Below, one piece after another: positions 51,179 through 64,000 of a stretch of 64,000 nucleotides of DNA. The translations under genes were made by a program, and so were the position numbers. The stretch covers positions 78,058,001 through 78,122,000 of the forward strand of contig OX597817.1 in assembly GCA_951406725.2 (NCBI GenBank), given 5' to 3'. Within the stretch, counting starts at the first letter, position 1. Each line of letters opens with the position of its first letter. The notes below the pieces were generated by a model, which saw only the letters and a list, made by a program, of their open reading frames with translations, was not told the origin of the DNA and ran no database searches. This DNA comes from Octopus vulgaris. Taxonomy: Eukaryota.

Positions 51179-51460
51179 GGAGGCACAATAGCCCAGTAGT
51201 TCGGGCAGTGGACTTGCGATCATAGGATCGCGGTTTCAATCCCCAGATCGGACATTGTGAGAGTTTATTGACTGAAAACACCTAAAAGCTACATGAGGCT
51301 CCGGCAGGGAGTGGTGGCAATCCCTGCTGTACTCTTTCGCCACAACTTTCCCTAACTCTTTTTTCTGTTGGCCTGCTCACTTAACGAGCTGGGTGGTATC
51401 ATTTGAAGGCTAAGACAATGCGAAGTGCATTGTGACCAGCGATGTGTAACAACATCTGAT
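51179..51460 (+). mobile_element. tRNA-derived SINE family D
   Basis: GGAGGCACAATAGCCCAGTAGTT (A-box), GGTTTCAATCCC (B-box), unrelated body; flanked by (TG)n. Confidence 0.7.
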
Positions 51461-51689
51461 ATCTGTGTGTGCGTGTGTGTGTGTGTGCAAGATAGGCAGG
51501 CTGCGTTGTTATCATGCCAGACAAAATGAATAGCAGTATCACTTTCTGAGTTCAGATACTGCTGAGGTCGACTTTGCCTTTCATCATATCAGAGTTGGTG
51601 AAATAAGCACCAAATGAGAACTGGGGTTGATGTAGTTGCCTAACCCCTTTCTCCAAAATTTCAAAGTTTGGGCCTATGGTAGAAGGGAA

Positions 51690-52505
51690 GAAGGTTGCTT
51701 CTCAACCCCATGGTTCTGGGTTCAGTCCCACTGTGTGGCACCTTGGGTAGTGTCTTCTATCTACTATAGCCTCAGGCTGACCAAAGCCTTGTGAGTGGAT
51801 TTGATAGATGGAAACTGAAAAAATCCTATTGTATACATACATATATATATATATTACAAAGTGAGATAGGGGTTGTGAGTGTACCTTCTCTAATACTCAT
51901 ATTTGCACTTTATATCTTCATTTTATACCTCTATATTTGTACTTTATAATCTCTTACAAGGCCTTGAGATATATATATAAGTAACTCATTTATAATCGCA
52001 TATTACCTTAATACATCTGACTAATATAAGCATAATGAGATACACTTATCTACAGGCTGAAACAACTGTAAGATCCATTTTATATTTATATGTATTGTTC
52101 TTATGGTATTATCTTACTCATTGATATGTACTGTTTTATTCTGTATTATTCTGTTTTATCTGGATGTTCCCAAATAATTAGTTTATAAATTATATGAATT
52201 GGTATTATCTAGTAGTTGATGATTGATAGAAATCTACTCCTCCATTTTCTTATTTTGTATATATATATATAAATATATTTATATGCATGTGCTTGTGCCA
52301 GTGTTTGTCCTCCCACCACCATCACTTGACAACTGATGTTGGTGTGTTTATGTCCTTGTAATTTAGCGGTTCAGCTGAAGATATCAATAAAATAAGCACC
52401 AGGCATACAAAAAATATGTCTTTGGGTCGATTTTTTTTTACTAAAAGGCAGTGCCTTAGCATGGCCACAGTCTGAAACATGTAAAATAATAAAAGAAAAT
52501 AAAAG
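51690..52505 (+). mobile_element. SINE family A split by a ~400-bp insert in its central (TA)n
   Basis: 5' half at 51690-51835 and 3' half at ~52290-52505; the insert carries a hammerhead-like motif. Confidence 0.75.
51949..52074 (+). ncRNA. Degenerate hammerhead-like motif with ~100-nt stem II
   Basis: ATCT-[CTTACAA]-GGCCT...AGGCT-GAAA-CAACTG-TA^AGAT; inner pairs ATAAGT/ACTTAT and CTCATT/AATGAG; core decayed. Confidence 0.45.
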
Positions 52506-52742
52506 AATATATATGGATATAGATAAATAGATAGATAGATCTACATATACATATGAGTGTGTATATATATATATATTTATATATGTGTGTGTATATATAT
52601 ACTTACATATGTGTGTGTGTATATATATATAAATACATATACTTTATAATAAAGCATATTACTCTACCACTGGTATTTGAGTACTCTTTTTTCCACCTTG
52701 TTTCACATTTGTGTGTTTACTCCGGTATAAATACATATATAT

Positions 52743-53127
52743 AGCTTGCTTACCAACCACATGGTTCCAGGTTCAGTACCACTGCATGGCATCTTAGGCA
52801 AATGTCTTCTACTATAGCCTTGGGCCGACCTAAGCCATGTGATTAGATTTGGTAGATGGAAACTGAAACAAGCCCGTCGTATGTGGGTGTGTGTGTATGT
52901 GGGTGTGTGTGTATGTGTGTGTGTCTGTGTATGTCATACTCAACATTACTTGACAACCAATGCTGTTGTGTTTACCTGCTCATAACTTAGCAGTTCAGTA
53001 AAAGAGACTGATAGAATAAGTACCACGCTTACAAAGAATAAATCCTGGGGTTGATTTGCTCGACTAAAGAGAGTGCTCCAGCATGGCCACAGTCATTTGA
53101 CTGAAACAAGTAAAAGAATGAAAGAAT
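52743..53127 (+). mobile_element. SINE family A (5'-clipped)
   Basis: Homology to the other copies. Confidence 0.82.
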
Positions 53128-53444
53128 ATATATATTGAATGAAAAGGAAAACAAAACCAGGACAGGATGAGTATCTCAGGTCATTTAGAATATTTAATTA
53201 GAGAAAGATGAATCAAAAATGGAGAAGTATAAATAATTAATGTCTTACAGCTGTTTCTGGGATATCCCAGGTGATTTGTACATGTAAAACATTTATATGT
53301 GTATATATATATATATACATACATGTACATATATGCGTGTGTGCATACCAAAAAACAGAAATGATAGTTGTTGCTTTTATTATTGCTTTAATAATTGTAT
53401 AATTCTTTATTCAGTTTGATGACCAAATATTTGATCTAAGGTAT

Positions 53445-53583
53445 AGGTCGACTTTGCCTTTCATCCTTTCGGGGTCGATAAGTTAAGTACCAGTTACGCA
53501 CTGGGGTCGATGTAATCGACTTAATACCTATGTCTGTCTTTGTCCCTTCTATGTTTAGCCCCTTGTGGGTAATAAAGAAATAG
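53445..53583 (+). mobile_element. SINE family B 3' half
   Basis: GGTCGACTTTGCCTTTCATCCTTTCGGGGTCGATAAG..AATAAAGAAATAG. Confidence 0.8.
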
Positions 53584-54048
53584 ATATTCCAGCTTTGACA
53601 TTTCTGACATTTTTTTGGAGCCAAAGCATCCAATTTAGCCTTTTTTTTTAAATGGTACATCATAATTTGAGAGATTTGGTTGCTATTTCTAGTAAAGAAT
53701 AAGACCTTGTAGTGAGGCTTTCATGCAGCTGGCCATTTATGACTTATCACCAAAAACACATTGCATGCCATCATTAACACTTTGGAATGCGTATCTACTG
53801 GAGACATCCTTGGTTTGAAGAAATAAACATTCAACTTCAAAGAGATCGAAATTAAAATCTAATCTCAAAATGTCGTGTTAATTTGTTTCAATCTCCAGTT
53901 TATTAACCTGGTAAATTTATTTCATTATTTTCTGTATTATTTTAGAAACTAATTGGAACAAAGTTACTGTACTTCAAACAAAATGTGGTAACAAAAGATT
54001 TAGGTTCCCTGATTCTCAAAAATAACAGATTGGTTAATCTGGTTGTGT

Positions 54049-54447
54049 GAGTGGCTGTGTGGTAAGTAGCTTGCTTACCAACCACATGGTTCTGGATTCA
54101 GTCCCACTGCGTGGCATCTTGGGCAAGTGTCTTCTACTATAGCCTCGGGCCCACCAAAGCCTTGTGAGTGGATTTCGTAGATGGAAACTGAAAGAAGCAT
54201 GTCGTATATATGTATATATATATATATGTGTATGTGTGTGTATGTATGTGTGTCTGTGTTTGTCCCTCCAACATCGCTCGACAACTGATGCTGGTGTGTT
54301 TACATCCCCATAACTTAGCGGTTCGGTAAAAGCAACCAATAGAATAAGTACTAGGCTTACAAGTCCTGGGGTTAATTTGCTCAACTAAAAGGTGGTGCTC
54401 CAGCATGGCCACAGTTAAATAACTGAAACAAATAAAAGAGTAAAAAA
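54049..54447 (+). mobile_element. SINE family A
   Basis: Homology to the other copies. Confidence 0.85.
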
Positions 54448-55506
54448 TGTGTAGAAGCAACATGCAGTATCTAAATATTCAATGGCTCAGATTAACAATC
54501 TAGCTGTGTGTATGTGTCACAATGTAGGGTGTGCATTAATGCACATAAATTTGGAAAAGCTCAGATCAACCATCTAGCAGTGTATATGTATCGCTATGCA
54601 GGTGTAACATTAATCGTTTGTATATAAATGGCTAGAGAAATAGTGAGCTTTATTTAATAACCAGTTGATCTAGCAAGGGTGGAGGGGGCTCATATCAGTG
54701 AAGGGGGCCAGTGTGCATTGATGCCGTCGAAAGGTAGACCCGAAACGGCACGCATTCTCACCTAATGACCCCATACACTTGCTGGCTTCTGGTATGCGGA
54801 GTTCTTGACTGGTAGCACTTGCATGTGCAAGTTGTTTGCAAGACATTTACATGGTGGCAAATGACTTAGTGGTTAACGAAAATGCAATCATTATTGTAAG
54901 ATTGTGGTTTCAATTCCTGGATTAGATGATGCCTTGTGTTTTTGAGCAAAATACTTAATTTCATGTTGCTCCAGTCTACTCAGAGGACAAAAATGAGTAT
55001 TCCTGCGATGGACCAGTGCCCCATCCAGGAGAGAATATATATACCATGGAATCCAGGAAACTATCCTTATGAAGCTGTGGCCTAGGAAAGATCCAGGATC
55101 CTTTTGATATACATTTGCACACTGGACAGAATGCCAAATGACATTTTGTTTCTCTTTACATTCTTAGTTTAAATGTCACCGAAGTCGACTTTGCTCTTCA
55201 TCGTTTCAAAGTTGACAAAATAAAATACAAGATGTGTACTGGGCTTGATGGCATCAGTTGGCCCCCTCCAAAATTCCAATCCTCATACTCATAGCAGAAA
55301 AGATTCTCTTTGACTCATTATCTATTTCCATTCTGACCAAATGGTTGTAAATCGATGTGGGTATAGCATGAAGAGCTATCTGCATCTGCTTCTGTTTAGT
55401 AGAGTGAGATCTTATAGTATTTTATATACATTATTAGTATGTGCAATACTATGTACAGTACTATGTTATACACTCCATTTTATCTTGTATTTTTATGCAT
55501 TATATA

Positions 55507-55919
55507 GGCATAGGAGTGGCTGTGCGGTAGGTAGCTTGCTTACAAACCACATAGTTCCGGGTTCAGTCCCACTGCGTGGCACCTTGGGCAAATGTCTTCT
55601 TCTATAGCCTTGGGCCAACCAAAGCCTTGTGAATGGATTTGGTAGACGGAAACTGAAGGAAGCCCGTCTTATATATATATATATATATGTGTGTGCATGT
55701 GTGTGTGTATGTGTGTGTGTATATTTGTGTGTCTGTGTTTGTCCCCCCAACATCAGTTGACAACCAATGCTGGTGTGTTTATGTCCCCGTAACTTAGCAG
55801 TTCGGCAAAAGAGACCGATAGAATAAGTCCCGGGGTCGATTTGCTCGACTAAAGGCCATGCTCCAGCATGGCCACAGTCAAATGACTGAAACAAGTAAAA
55901 GAGTAAAAGAGAGAAAGAG
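55507..55919 (+). mobile_element. SINE family A
   Basis: Full-length copy. Confidence 0.88.
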
Positions 55920-56016
55920 TATTATCATATACAGTTGACAATATTATCTATAAATTCTTTGTGAGGAGAGAGATCTCCTATGGAGTCACTTGGCTCACAA
56001 GAAATAACAACCATAA

Positions 56017-56250
56017 AAGGCAGTGAGCTAGCAGAAATGTTGGCATGTCGGGCGAAATGATTAGTGGTATTTCGTCTGCCATTATATTCTGAGTTCAAAT
56101 TCCGTCGTGGTCGACTGTGCCTTTCATCCTTTCAGGGTCAATAAATTAAGTACCAGTTACACACTGGGGTCGATGTAATCGACTTAATCCCTTTGTCTGT
56201 CCTTGTTTGTCCCCTCTATGTTTAGCCCCTTGTGGGCAATAAATAAATAA
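56017..56250 (+). mobile_element. SINE family B with 18-bp TSD
   Basis: AAGAAATAACAACCATAA at 55999-56016 and 56249-56266. Confidence 0.9.
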
Positions 56251-56944
56251 GAAATAACAACCATAAGGAAGGAAAATACACATACAATATTGTAACCCTA
56301 TGTAACTCTAAAAAAATTATTGGTCATTGCTGGAATGTCTTTGATCAAGTTTGGTCTGCACAATTAGAATTAACTTGGTGCTAAACAAAAAATAAACCCA
56401 CAACTATTTTCTCTCTTTAATTTGCTCACTGCGACTTTACTTTAAATTTTGCTTTAATATTTTCCCCAGACACATTTAGTTTGTTTTTCTTTGGATGCAA
56501 TTCAATCATCTATTGCTCATTTCAAAGGTACTATTTGTAGTCATCACTTATTCATCACTTCAGCGTTACCAAAATACTTTTACTTTTAGCTTACAATTAT
56601 AAGTAGAACTATAGGTAATATTTTTGTATATGGCCTTCAAAATACAAAAGAATTTTGCCATTTGTTGACAATCCCTTGCTGATTACTTGATAACTAAACC
56701 ATTTCATTTCCCTAATTTATTTTCTGTACATTTGTAAGTGGCTGCTCATAACTGCAAATAGTTATGTTACATAGGTACTAAGCTGAGGAGAATCTGTGTG
56801 TAATTTGAAGTAAAACACATTAACAACAAATTAGCTATTTAGTATAGATGTTTCATTTACTAGAAATAGACAATCACACAGATCTAAAATGCTTGTATAC
56901 AAACATAAATGGATATGCATATATATATATTTTTAATATTTTAT

Positions 56945-57294
56945 TTTTTACTTAATTCACACATAACACTGCAACCATTCTGGGGCACTGCCTTGAAGAA
57001 TTTTTAGTTGAATATATCAACTCCAGTACTTATTTTTTAAAAGCCTGGTACATTTTCTGTCTCTTTTGCCAAAATGCCAAGTTGCAAGGGTATAAACACA
57101 CCAGCACCACTAACCAAATGGTGGTGGTGGTGGCAGGGACAAACACAGACAAAAGACACAAATCCATGCACAAGGGTTTGGTCAGCCAAAAGTTAAACTA
57201 GAAGTCACTTGCCCAGTGTTCCACACAGTAGGTCTGAACCTGGAACAATGTGGCTGGAAAACAAGCATCTTCTCACACAGCCAAACCTGCACCT
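56945..57294 (-). mobile_element. SINE family A (old)
   Basis: Reverse-complement homology. Confidence 0.7.
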
Positions 57295-57333
57295 GTATTT
57301 GAATATAGGTATATATATATATTTTTATATTAG

Positions 57334-57379
57334 ATGGTTTGAAGATGATGTACAGCTATTACATATTAGAAGAAATGAG
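57334..57379 (+). CDS. Candidate 46-nt coding exon, plus strand
   Basis: tttttatattag|A TGG.. WFEDDVQLLHIRRNE|gtactc. Confidence 0.25.
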
Positions 57380-58189
57380 GTACTCAGAAATCTGGATGGT
57401 TTTATATTTACAGATATTTATTAGTATGCTACATGTTTTTATAAATCATATATCATATATTAGCACTTTCGTTCACTCTAATGGAGATGTCAAATTGAAC
57501 TTTTGCAGGAATTTTGAAGGAGTGGGGAGAGATATAAGATAGTACAAGAGGATGAGGAATGGGAAGAAAGTGAGAGAGAGTGTGTGTGTGTGTGTTTTTG
57601 TATCTGAAACTGGTGTTAAAGAAAAAGAGAAGGAAAGGAAGAAGGAGAGAAAGAAGAAAAAATTTGTTGATATCTTTGCAGCTGGTCAGTCTTTCAATAG
57701 CAAATGATTCTTGGCTTTTAGAAATGGCAAACCCAGCTGGTCACTCCAAGGGGGTGGGGGGGCAAAATGTCACTTTTCAAAAAATTGTCTGGATTTCCTT
57801 TTTATCATCCGATAAACTGATATGTGTTTCATATTTTAACACAGGGCCATTAGCTTTCTGGGAGGCAGCAAGTTGATTATTTAGACCCAGCGTTCAACTG
57901 GTATGTATTTATCGATTCTGAAAGCATGAAAGGCAAAGTCAACCTTGGTGGCATTTGAAATGAGACAACAAAGATGGATGAAATGTCTCTAAGCATTTTG
58001 CTCAATGTACCAATGATTCTACTAGCTCATTGCCTGCCATGGTCCTAGTATTAATATCTCAACATACCACATCTATTATACCACATCACAGAAGTATCAA
58101 ACCTACATAGAACTGTTGCCTGGTTGCTTCACCTGCTCTAAATAGCAAGTAAATTTCCCGAAATCATACCCTAACCTAATCATACTTAA

Positions 58190-58455
58190 CCCTTTTGTTA
58201 CTGTATTTATTTTGAGACATTCTGTGTTTCTTTCAATTAATTTTATATATATAATTTTATATATATAATATTATATATATATATATAATTATATATATAA
58301 GAATTTAGTAAAATAACTTAGTCACAATTTATATTCCTAACACTAGCTTAATTATAACTAAGGTTTGGTGGAAGATTTTAATTCAAAACTTATAAAAACA
58401 AGACAATATTACTACGGAGCCAGAGACGATTTCAGCCGGGTTGGTATTGAAAGGG
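58190..58455. mobile_element. piggyBac-type MITE (second copy)
   Basis: TTAA|CCCTTTTG...GAAAGGG; homologous to 8410-8625, with a TA expansion and an internal inversion. Confidence 0.8.
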
Positions 58456-58933
58456 CGAATCTTCAAAAAATAATTAAAACAATGTAGATAGTTAAGATAA
58501 TTATATGGAATGGCCATGGTTGGAATATCATTGATCATAAGTCTGCTTGATCATAGCTATTCAGAAATAAACAATGACAAGAACAACACACAAAGAAACA
58601 CATTGTTAATATAATGAAACATGTCTATCAATGATGTTTTATTAATCAGTACACACCTTAGGAGTGCCAACAGCAGTTGAAAGATAAGGAACAGTATGTA
58701 AACATATTGCATATAAAATTCCAGCATTCTATTGCTGGGCATTCTGCTGATAGAACTTGTCACATTCAAAAGAATTTAAGAACATGGAGAAACTTATTTT
58801 ACAAACATCTGATAACGACAAAGAAGCTAACGTGATTATAAAAGAAATTATAAAAACTATAAATAAAATAACAACAGAGGACATGATAGGACCATATTTC
58901 TAATGAAATATGTATGTGTGCCCACACACATAT

Positions 58934-59200
<267 letters not shown>

Positions 59201-59321
59201 GTTATATATGTAGATATAGATATATACATATATACTGATATAGGCATACGAATATATATGTATGTGTACATGTATGTATACACTGTGAGTAGTCATTGAA
59301 AAATTAAATTCTTTGTTTCAG

Positions 59322-59360
59322 GGTAGAATTGAAACTGTATTGTTATTAGGAGATAATTAA
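59322..59360 (+). CDS. Candidate terminal exon, plus strand
   Basis: ttctttgtttcag|GRIETVLLLGDN-TAA; AATAAA at ~59469; phase matches 57334-57379. Confidence 0.22.
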   Translation, partial: GRIETVLLLGDN

Positions 59361-59477
59361 ATTAAAGAGAGAACGCTGTTATCAAGAACACTCTTGCATT
59401 CACTAAATAACTTTCGTTTGCCAAAACACATCAACAAGAACGACAAAAAGTAGCAACATTTTTATGCAAATAAAATA

Positions 59478-59603
<126 letters not shown>

Positions 59604-59776
59604 TATATATATATATAGATGTATAAATATATATATATATATGTAGATGTGTATATATATATAATATATATAAATATATATATATGAATACATACATAGA
59701 TGTGTGTGTGTGTGAATGTATAAATATATATATATTTATTTATTTATATATGTATGTATGTATGTATGTGTGTATA

Positions 59777-59822
<46 letters not shown>

Positions 59823-60486
59823 TGCATGTGCACACACATGTATGTTGGAAATGTTTATATTTCCTCGTTAAGAATTTTAACGATAACAACTTGTATTCAA
59901 ATTAGTAAAGCTAATTCATTATTCAAGCAGTGAATAATATTTAATTGTTTTGCACTTTGCTTCACTTTATATGTTATTTTCTCTTAAAAAAAAATAAAGA
60001 AATGAAAATAACATAAAAATTACATAAAAAAATATAAAAGAGAAGGATGAAAATAAAAAATAAAAAAATAAAAGAACGGAAACGAATAAAAACAAAATAA
60101 AATGTTCAGAATATATTTCAAATTATTACATGATTTAAAGGAAAATACTCTGTTCTTACATTTGTGTTTTATTTAATATCATCATCGTCATCGTCATCAT
60201 CGTTGTCGTCGTCGTCATCATCATCATCATCATCATCATCGTCACCATCATCGTCATCATCATCATCATCATCATCATCACCATGGTCATCATTATTGTC
60301 CTTGTCACCTTTGTTGTTGTTAGTGGTGGGGGTCGTGGGGGTGGCAGCTTCATTGTCATCACTTCGCCCCTTCCACTTCTGCCTCATCACCATCATCGTC
60401 ATCACCACCATCACCACCATCATCACCACCACCATCATCATCGCGTATATTTTTGTTAAAATTCTTTGATTTTTTAAAAATTTTAC

Positions 60487-60606
60487 ATTCCAATTTTTTG
60501 GTACTCCCTTTGAATTCATCCAGTGTTTCAAAGTTAGATATTCTTCTTGCAAACCCATATATTCCTTATCAGCTTCTATAATCTGCTGAGTTCTAACATT
60601 TCTTAC
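60487..60606 (-). CDS. Candidate 120-nt coding exon, unknown minus-strand gene
   Basis: gttttaag acceptor, gtaaaa donor, phase 0-0; VRNVRTQQIIEADKEYMGLQEEYLTLKHWMNSKGVPKNWN has protein-like composition. Confidence 0.45.
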
Positions 60607-60726
60607 CTTAAAACACACTTATTTTAAAATGGAATTTCACTTCTTCATTAATAGCTTTAAGTAAATCCAACCACAATATATATATATATTTAAAACTTAT
60701 ATTCATTATTATCATTATTATTATTA

Positions 60727-60776
<50 letters not shown>

Positions 60777-61014
60777 TTCATTGCTGTTGTTGTTGCTGCT
60801 GCTGCTGTTGTAGTTGTTGTTGTTGCTGTTACTTATGTTGTAACTCTTTCTTTTGAAGTTGCTGAGAAATAAAGTAAATTTTACAAAGGATATAGACCAA
60901 ATGTAAGGAAAATTAAGGAAATTTTAATTATCCTGAAAAAAAATTAATAAAACATTCAGAAGAGGGATATAAAATTTTTGTTGTAACATATATATGTATG
61001 TATATAATGTATAT

Positions 61015-61320
<306 letters not shown>

Positions 61321-61618
61321 ACATACATACATTTATATATATATAAAGATCTTAGGCGATAAATGAATTAGGGAAATTTTATATATTCTACAATAAAGTC
61401 TGAATGGTAAAATTCTCTGCTTAAGCCTTTTTATAATTTCTCCTAGCAGAAATACATTTTGAAAATAATGCCACAAAAACAAAAAAGCAATTAATATACA
61501 CATTAACTAACACTAGCTAACATGATCACGCGCACACACACACACACATTCACATATAGATATATATGTGTGCATATACATACATCATGCATACATATAT
61601 ATTTGTTTGTATATATAT

Positions 61619-61733
<115 letters not shown>

Positions 61734-62604
61734 GTATATATACATATCTACATATGTATACACATATAGATGCACTCTTGTGCATATATGTATGCATGAA
61801 ATACATACATGACTATATATATATATATACACACACACATAAGGATGTATGTACACATGTAACGAGAAATAGGAAAATTTATCAATATATTTATTATTTC
61901 TAAGTAATCTTTTCTAAATTTATTCTCAAACTCTTAACTAATTTAACTTTACATTTGACATTCTTTGAGATTCTCTAATTCTTGATTTTCCTACATATTT
62001 CTATCTGTAAACAATAGGAAAACGATTTAATTTACATTTGATAGCAAATTGCGGCTCGATTTCTGAATTTTAATGAATCTCCCTATCTATGATGATGAAT
62101 AATTGCTGAATTAATAATAATGTTAGAATATTTCAACTCCTTTAATTAGCATTTCTTTACATAGTATGTTTTTATAAGAAAATCTCAAGTTTAGAACTGA
62201 TTGATAAACTTTATTCATATTATTTTTACATTTGTGGCTGTAAAATTAATTGTCAACTAAGTCCATTTCTTATAGATTCCTGACTCTGTATTTAATAGCT
62301 TTTAGAAGGAGGAGAGCGATCAATGTGAGATTTCACTCTGGAAGTTTTGTAGCCATAAATTCTGAAATCGAAACCCCACCATATACATCTTATATTTTGC
62401 ACAACTCATTGAATGAAAATTACCGTATATATCTGATTTTATTATGCTTTACATATATTGTGGTTACAAAGTTTGCTTTGCATCTGTGTGGTGCTAAGTT
62501 TGGTCTCACAGCATGGCTGCATGGCACATGGGGCAAGTGGTTTCTGCTATAACTGCTGGCTGACCTATAAGTTGCAAGTGGAAACTGGTAGCCAGAAACT
62601 AATA

Positions 62605-62662
62605 AAAAGCCAGTCCTATGTGTGTATATGTGTGTGTGACTATCTCTCTACTTCTCTCTCTA

Positions 62663-62723
<61 letters not shown>

Positions 62724-62738
62724 ATCTATCTATCTATC

Positions 62739-62773
<35 letters not shown>

Positions 62774-62822
62774 TTTTATACGTATGTATATATTTATATA
62801 TATATATATAGGTGTGTGTGTG

Positions 62823-62864
<42 letters not shown>

Positions 62865-62944
62865 GACAGATAGATAGATAGATAGAGAGAGAGAAGCAGA
62901 GAGATAGTCACACACGCATATATACACACACAGGACTGGTTTTA
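62605..62944. repeat. Local inverted duplication within a SINE-A remnant
   Basis: AAAGCCAGTCCT..GTGTGTGACTATCTCTCT..(TATC)n versus (GATA)n..AGAGAGATAGTCACACAC..AGGACTGGTTTT. Confidence 0.75.
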
Positions 62945-63126
62945 TATATATATATATATATATCCTATCGTCCTGTTTTTAGCTTGCTATGCCATGTGGG
63001 CACAGCCTGAGGATTGTGTGAAGCCACCAGGTATGTTTAAAATGTTGTCTGAGCTGTTTTCATGACATGAAACTAATGGTAGCTCATAAAAATATATATT
63101 GTGCTTATGAAATAATATTATATATA

Positions 63127-64000
63127 TTAGGGTGTTCAGAAAGTCATTTCATTTTAGCAGAAATGATATAAACACAAATATTCAAAGAAACTTATTTCTT
63201 TTCTTTAAAAAAATGTCTGAAAGACTGTTTTCAACTTCCTGTCTGTTTCTGAAAGTTTATCTGAGTAGTTTTAATCAAGAATATAATCGCCATCGTTTTC
63301 AATAAATGCAGTCCAACAGGCAAGTAACTTTTTTATGCCATGTTCAAAAAAACCTATCTCTTTTCCTGAAAAGTTTTTGAAAGACTGTATTCCATTTCCT
63401 CTCTATTTCTGAATGTTTTGCCTCTTATAAAATGTTCTAGTGATTGGAACAGATTGAAATCCATAGAGGCTAAGACAGGTGGGTATGGAATGTGTGGAAG
63501 AACTTATTTTTTCTTGGGTTTATTTTGAAGAATGTGGCTGTACATTGTCATGCTGGAGAATAACACTTTTTCTGTTTACCAAAGCTCGCCACTTTCACTG
63601 GAATTTTTCATTTAAACAATCAAGTTGTTGGCAATAGACATCTGCATTGATGGTTCTTCCATGTTCCAGTAGCTTGCAATGGACGATACCTTTCATGTTC
63701 TATCAAACACGGAACAAGGATTTTTGTGGATGGAGTTCTGGTTTTGGTATTAGCACTGGCCTCTCATTACATGATAAACATTGTCTTTTTCATTTTCTGT
63801 TGAGATACAAAACCCATTTTTCATCACCTGTAACAATGAACTGCAGAAATGACAGATGGTAGAATGGTATATTTGGTTCTTGAGCATAAACTCATGTAAG
63901 ACCCAAATTCTCTCTTTGTATGTTTTTCCAAATTTGCTTGAGATGTTTGTGGATAGTTGAACATGACACATTAAATTCTTTGCACCAGATCTCTGGTGCT
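63127..64000 (-). mobile_element. Decayed mariner, cut by the window end
   Basis: TA|TTAGGGTGTTCAGAAAGTC TIR; the minus strand reads WVLHE..IVTGDEKWVLYLN..HDNVQPH..PYPPVLASMDFNLFQSLEH. Confidence 0.85.

Noticed and set aside
54640-54793. Twister, HDV-like ribozyme or SECIS
   Set aside because: Only fragments match (GTGGAGGG, GGGGGCC, TGA..AA); the required pseudoknot partners or 3' GA quartet were not found.

Overview
AT-rich, microsatellite-saturated animal genomic DNA. The repeat families and the (TA)n/(CATA)n/(GATA)n/(CAT)n density suggest an octopus (coleoid cephalopod); this is an inference. Almost all ORF-track entries are microsatellite or SINE artefacts. Mobile elements: many tRNA-derived SINEs of at least 4 families; an RTE LINE whose RT region carries an embedded PHD-type finger, plus solo RTE 3' tails; a HERO-like R2-group LINE remnant; three R4/Dong RLE retroelement fragments stacked in (TAA)n; two back-to-back Penelope-like GIY-YIG remnants; several mariner/maT elements and MITEs; piggyBac-type MITEs. 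No intact transposase or RT ORF remains. Short splice-site-bounded open segments suggest a sparse multi-exon gene on the minus strand and possibly another on the plus strand, but no product was recognised. The most notable signal is a dispersed set of about eight type-I hammerhead-ribozyme-like motifs. They include core variants, greatly extended stem II and a divergent pair forming a ~180-bp palindrome within a cluster of fold-back elements. All calls are by eye; no folding, alignment or database search was run.
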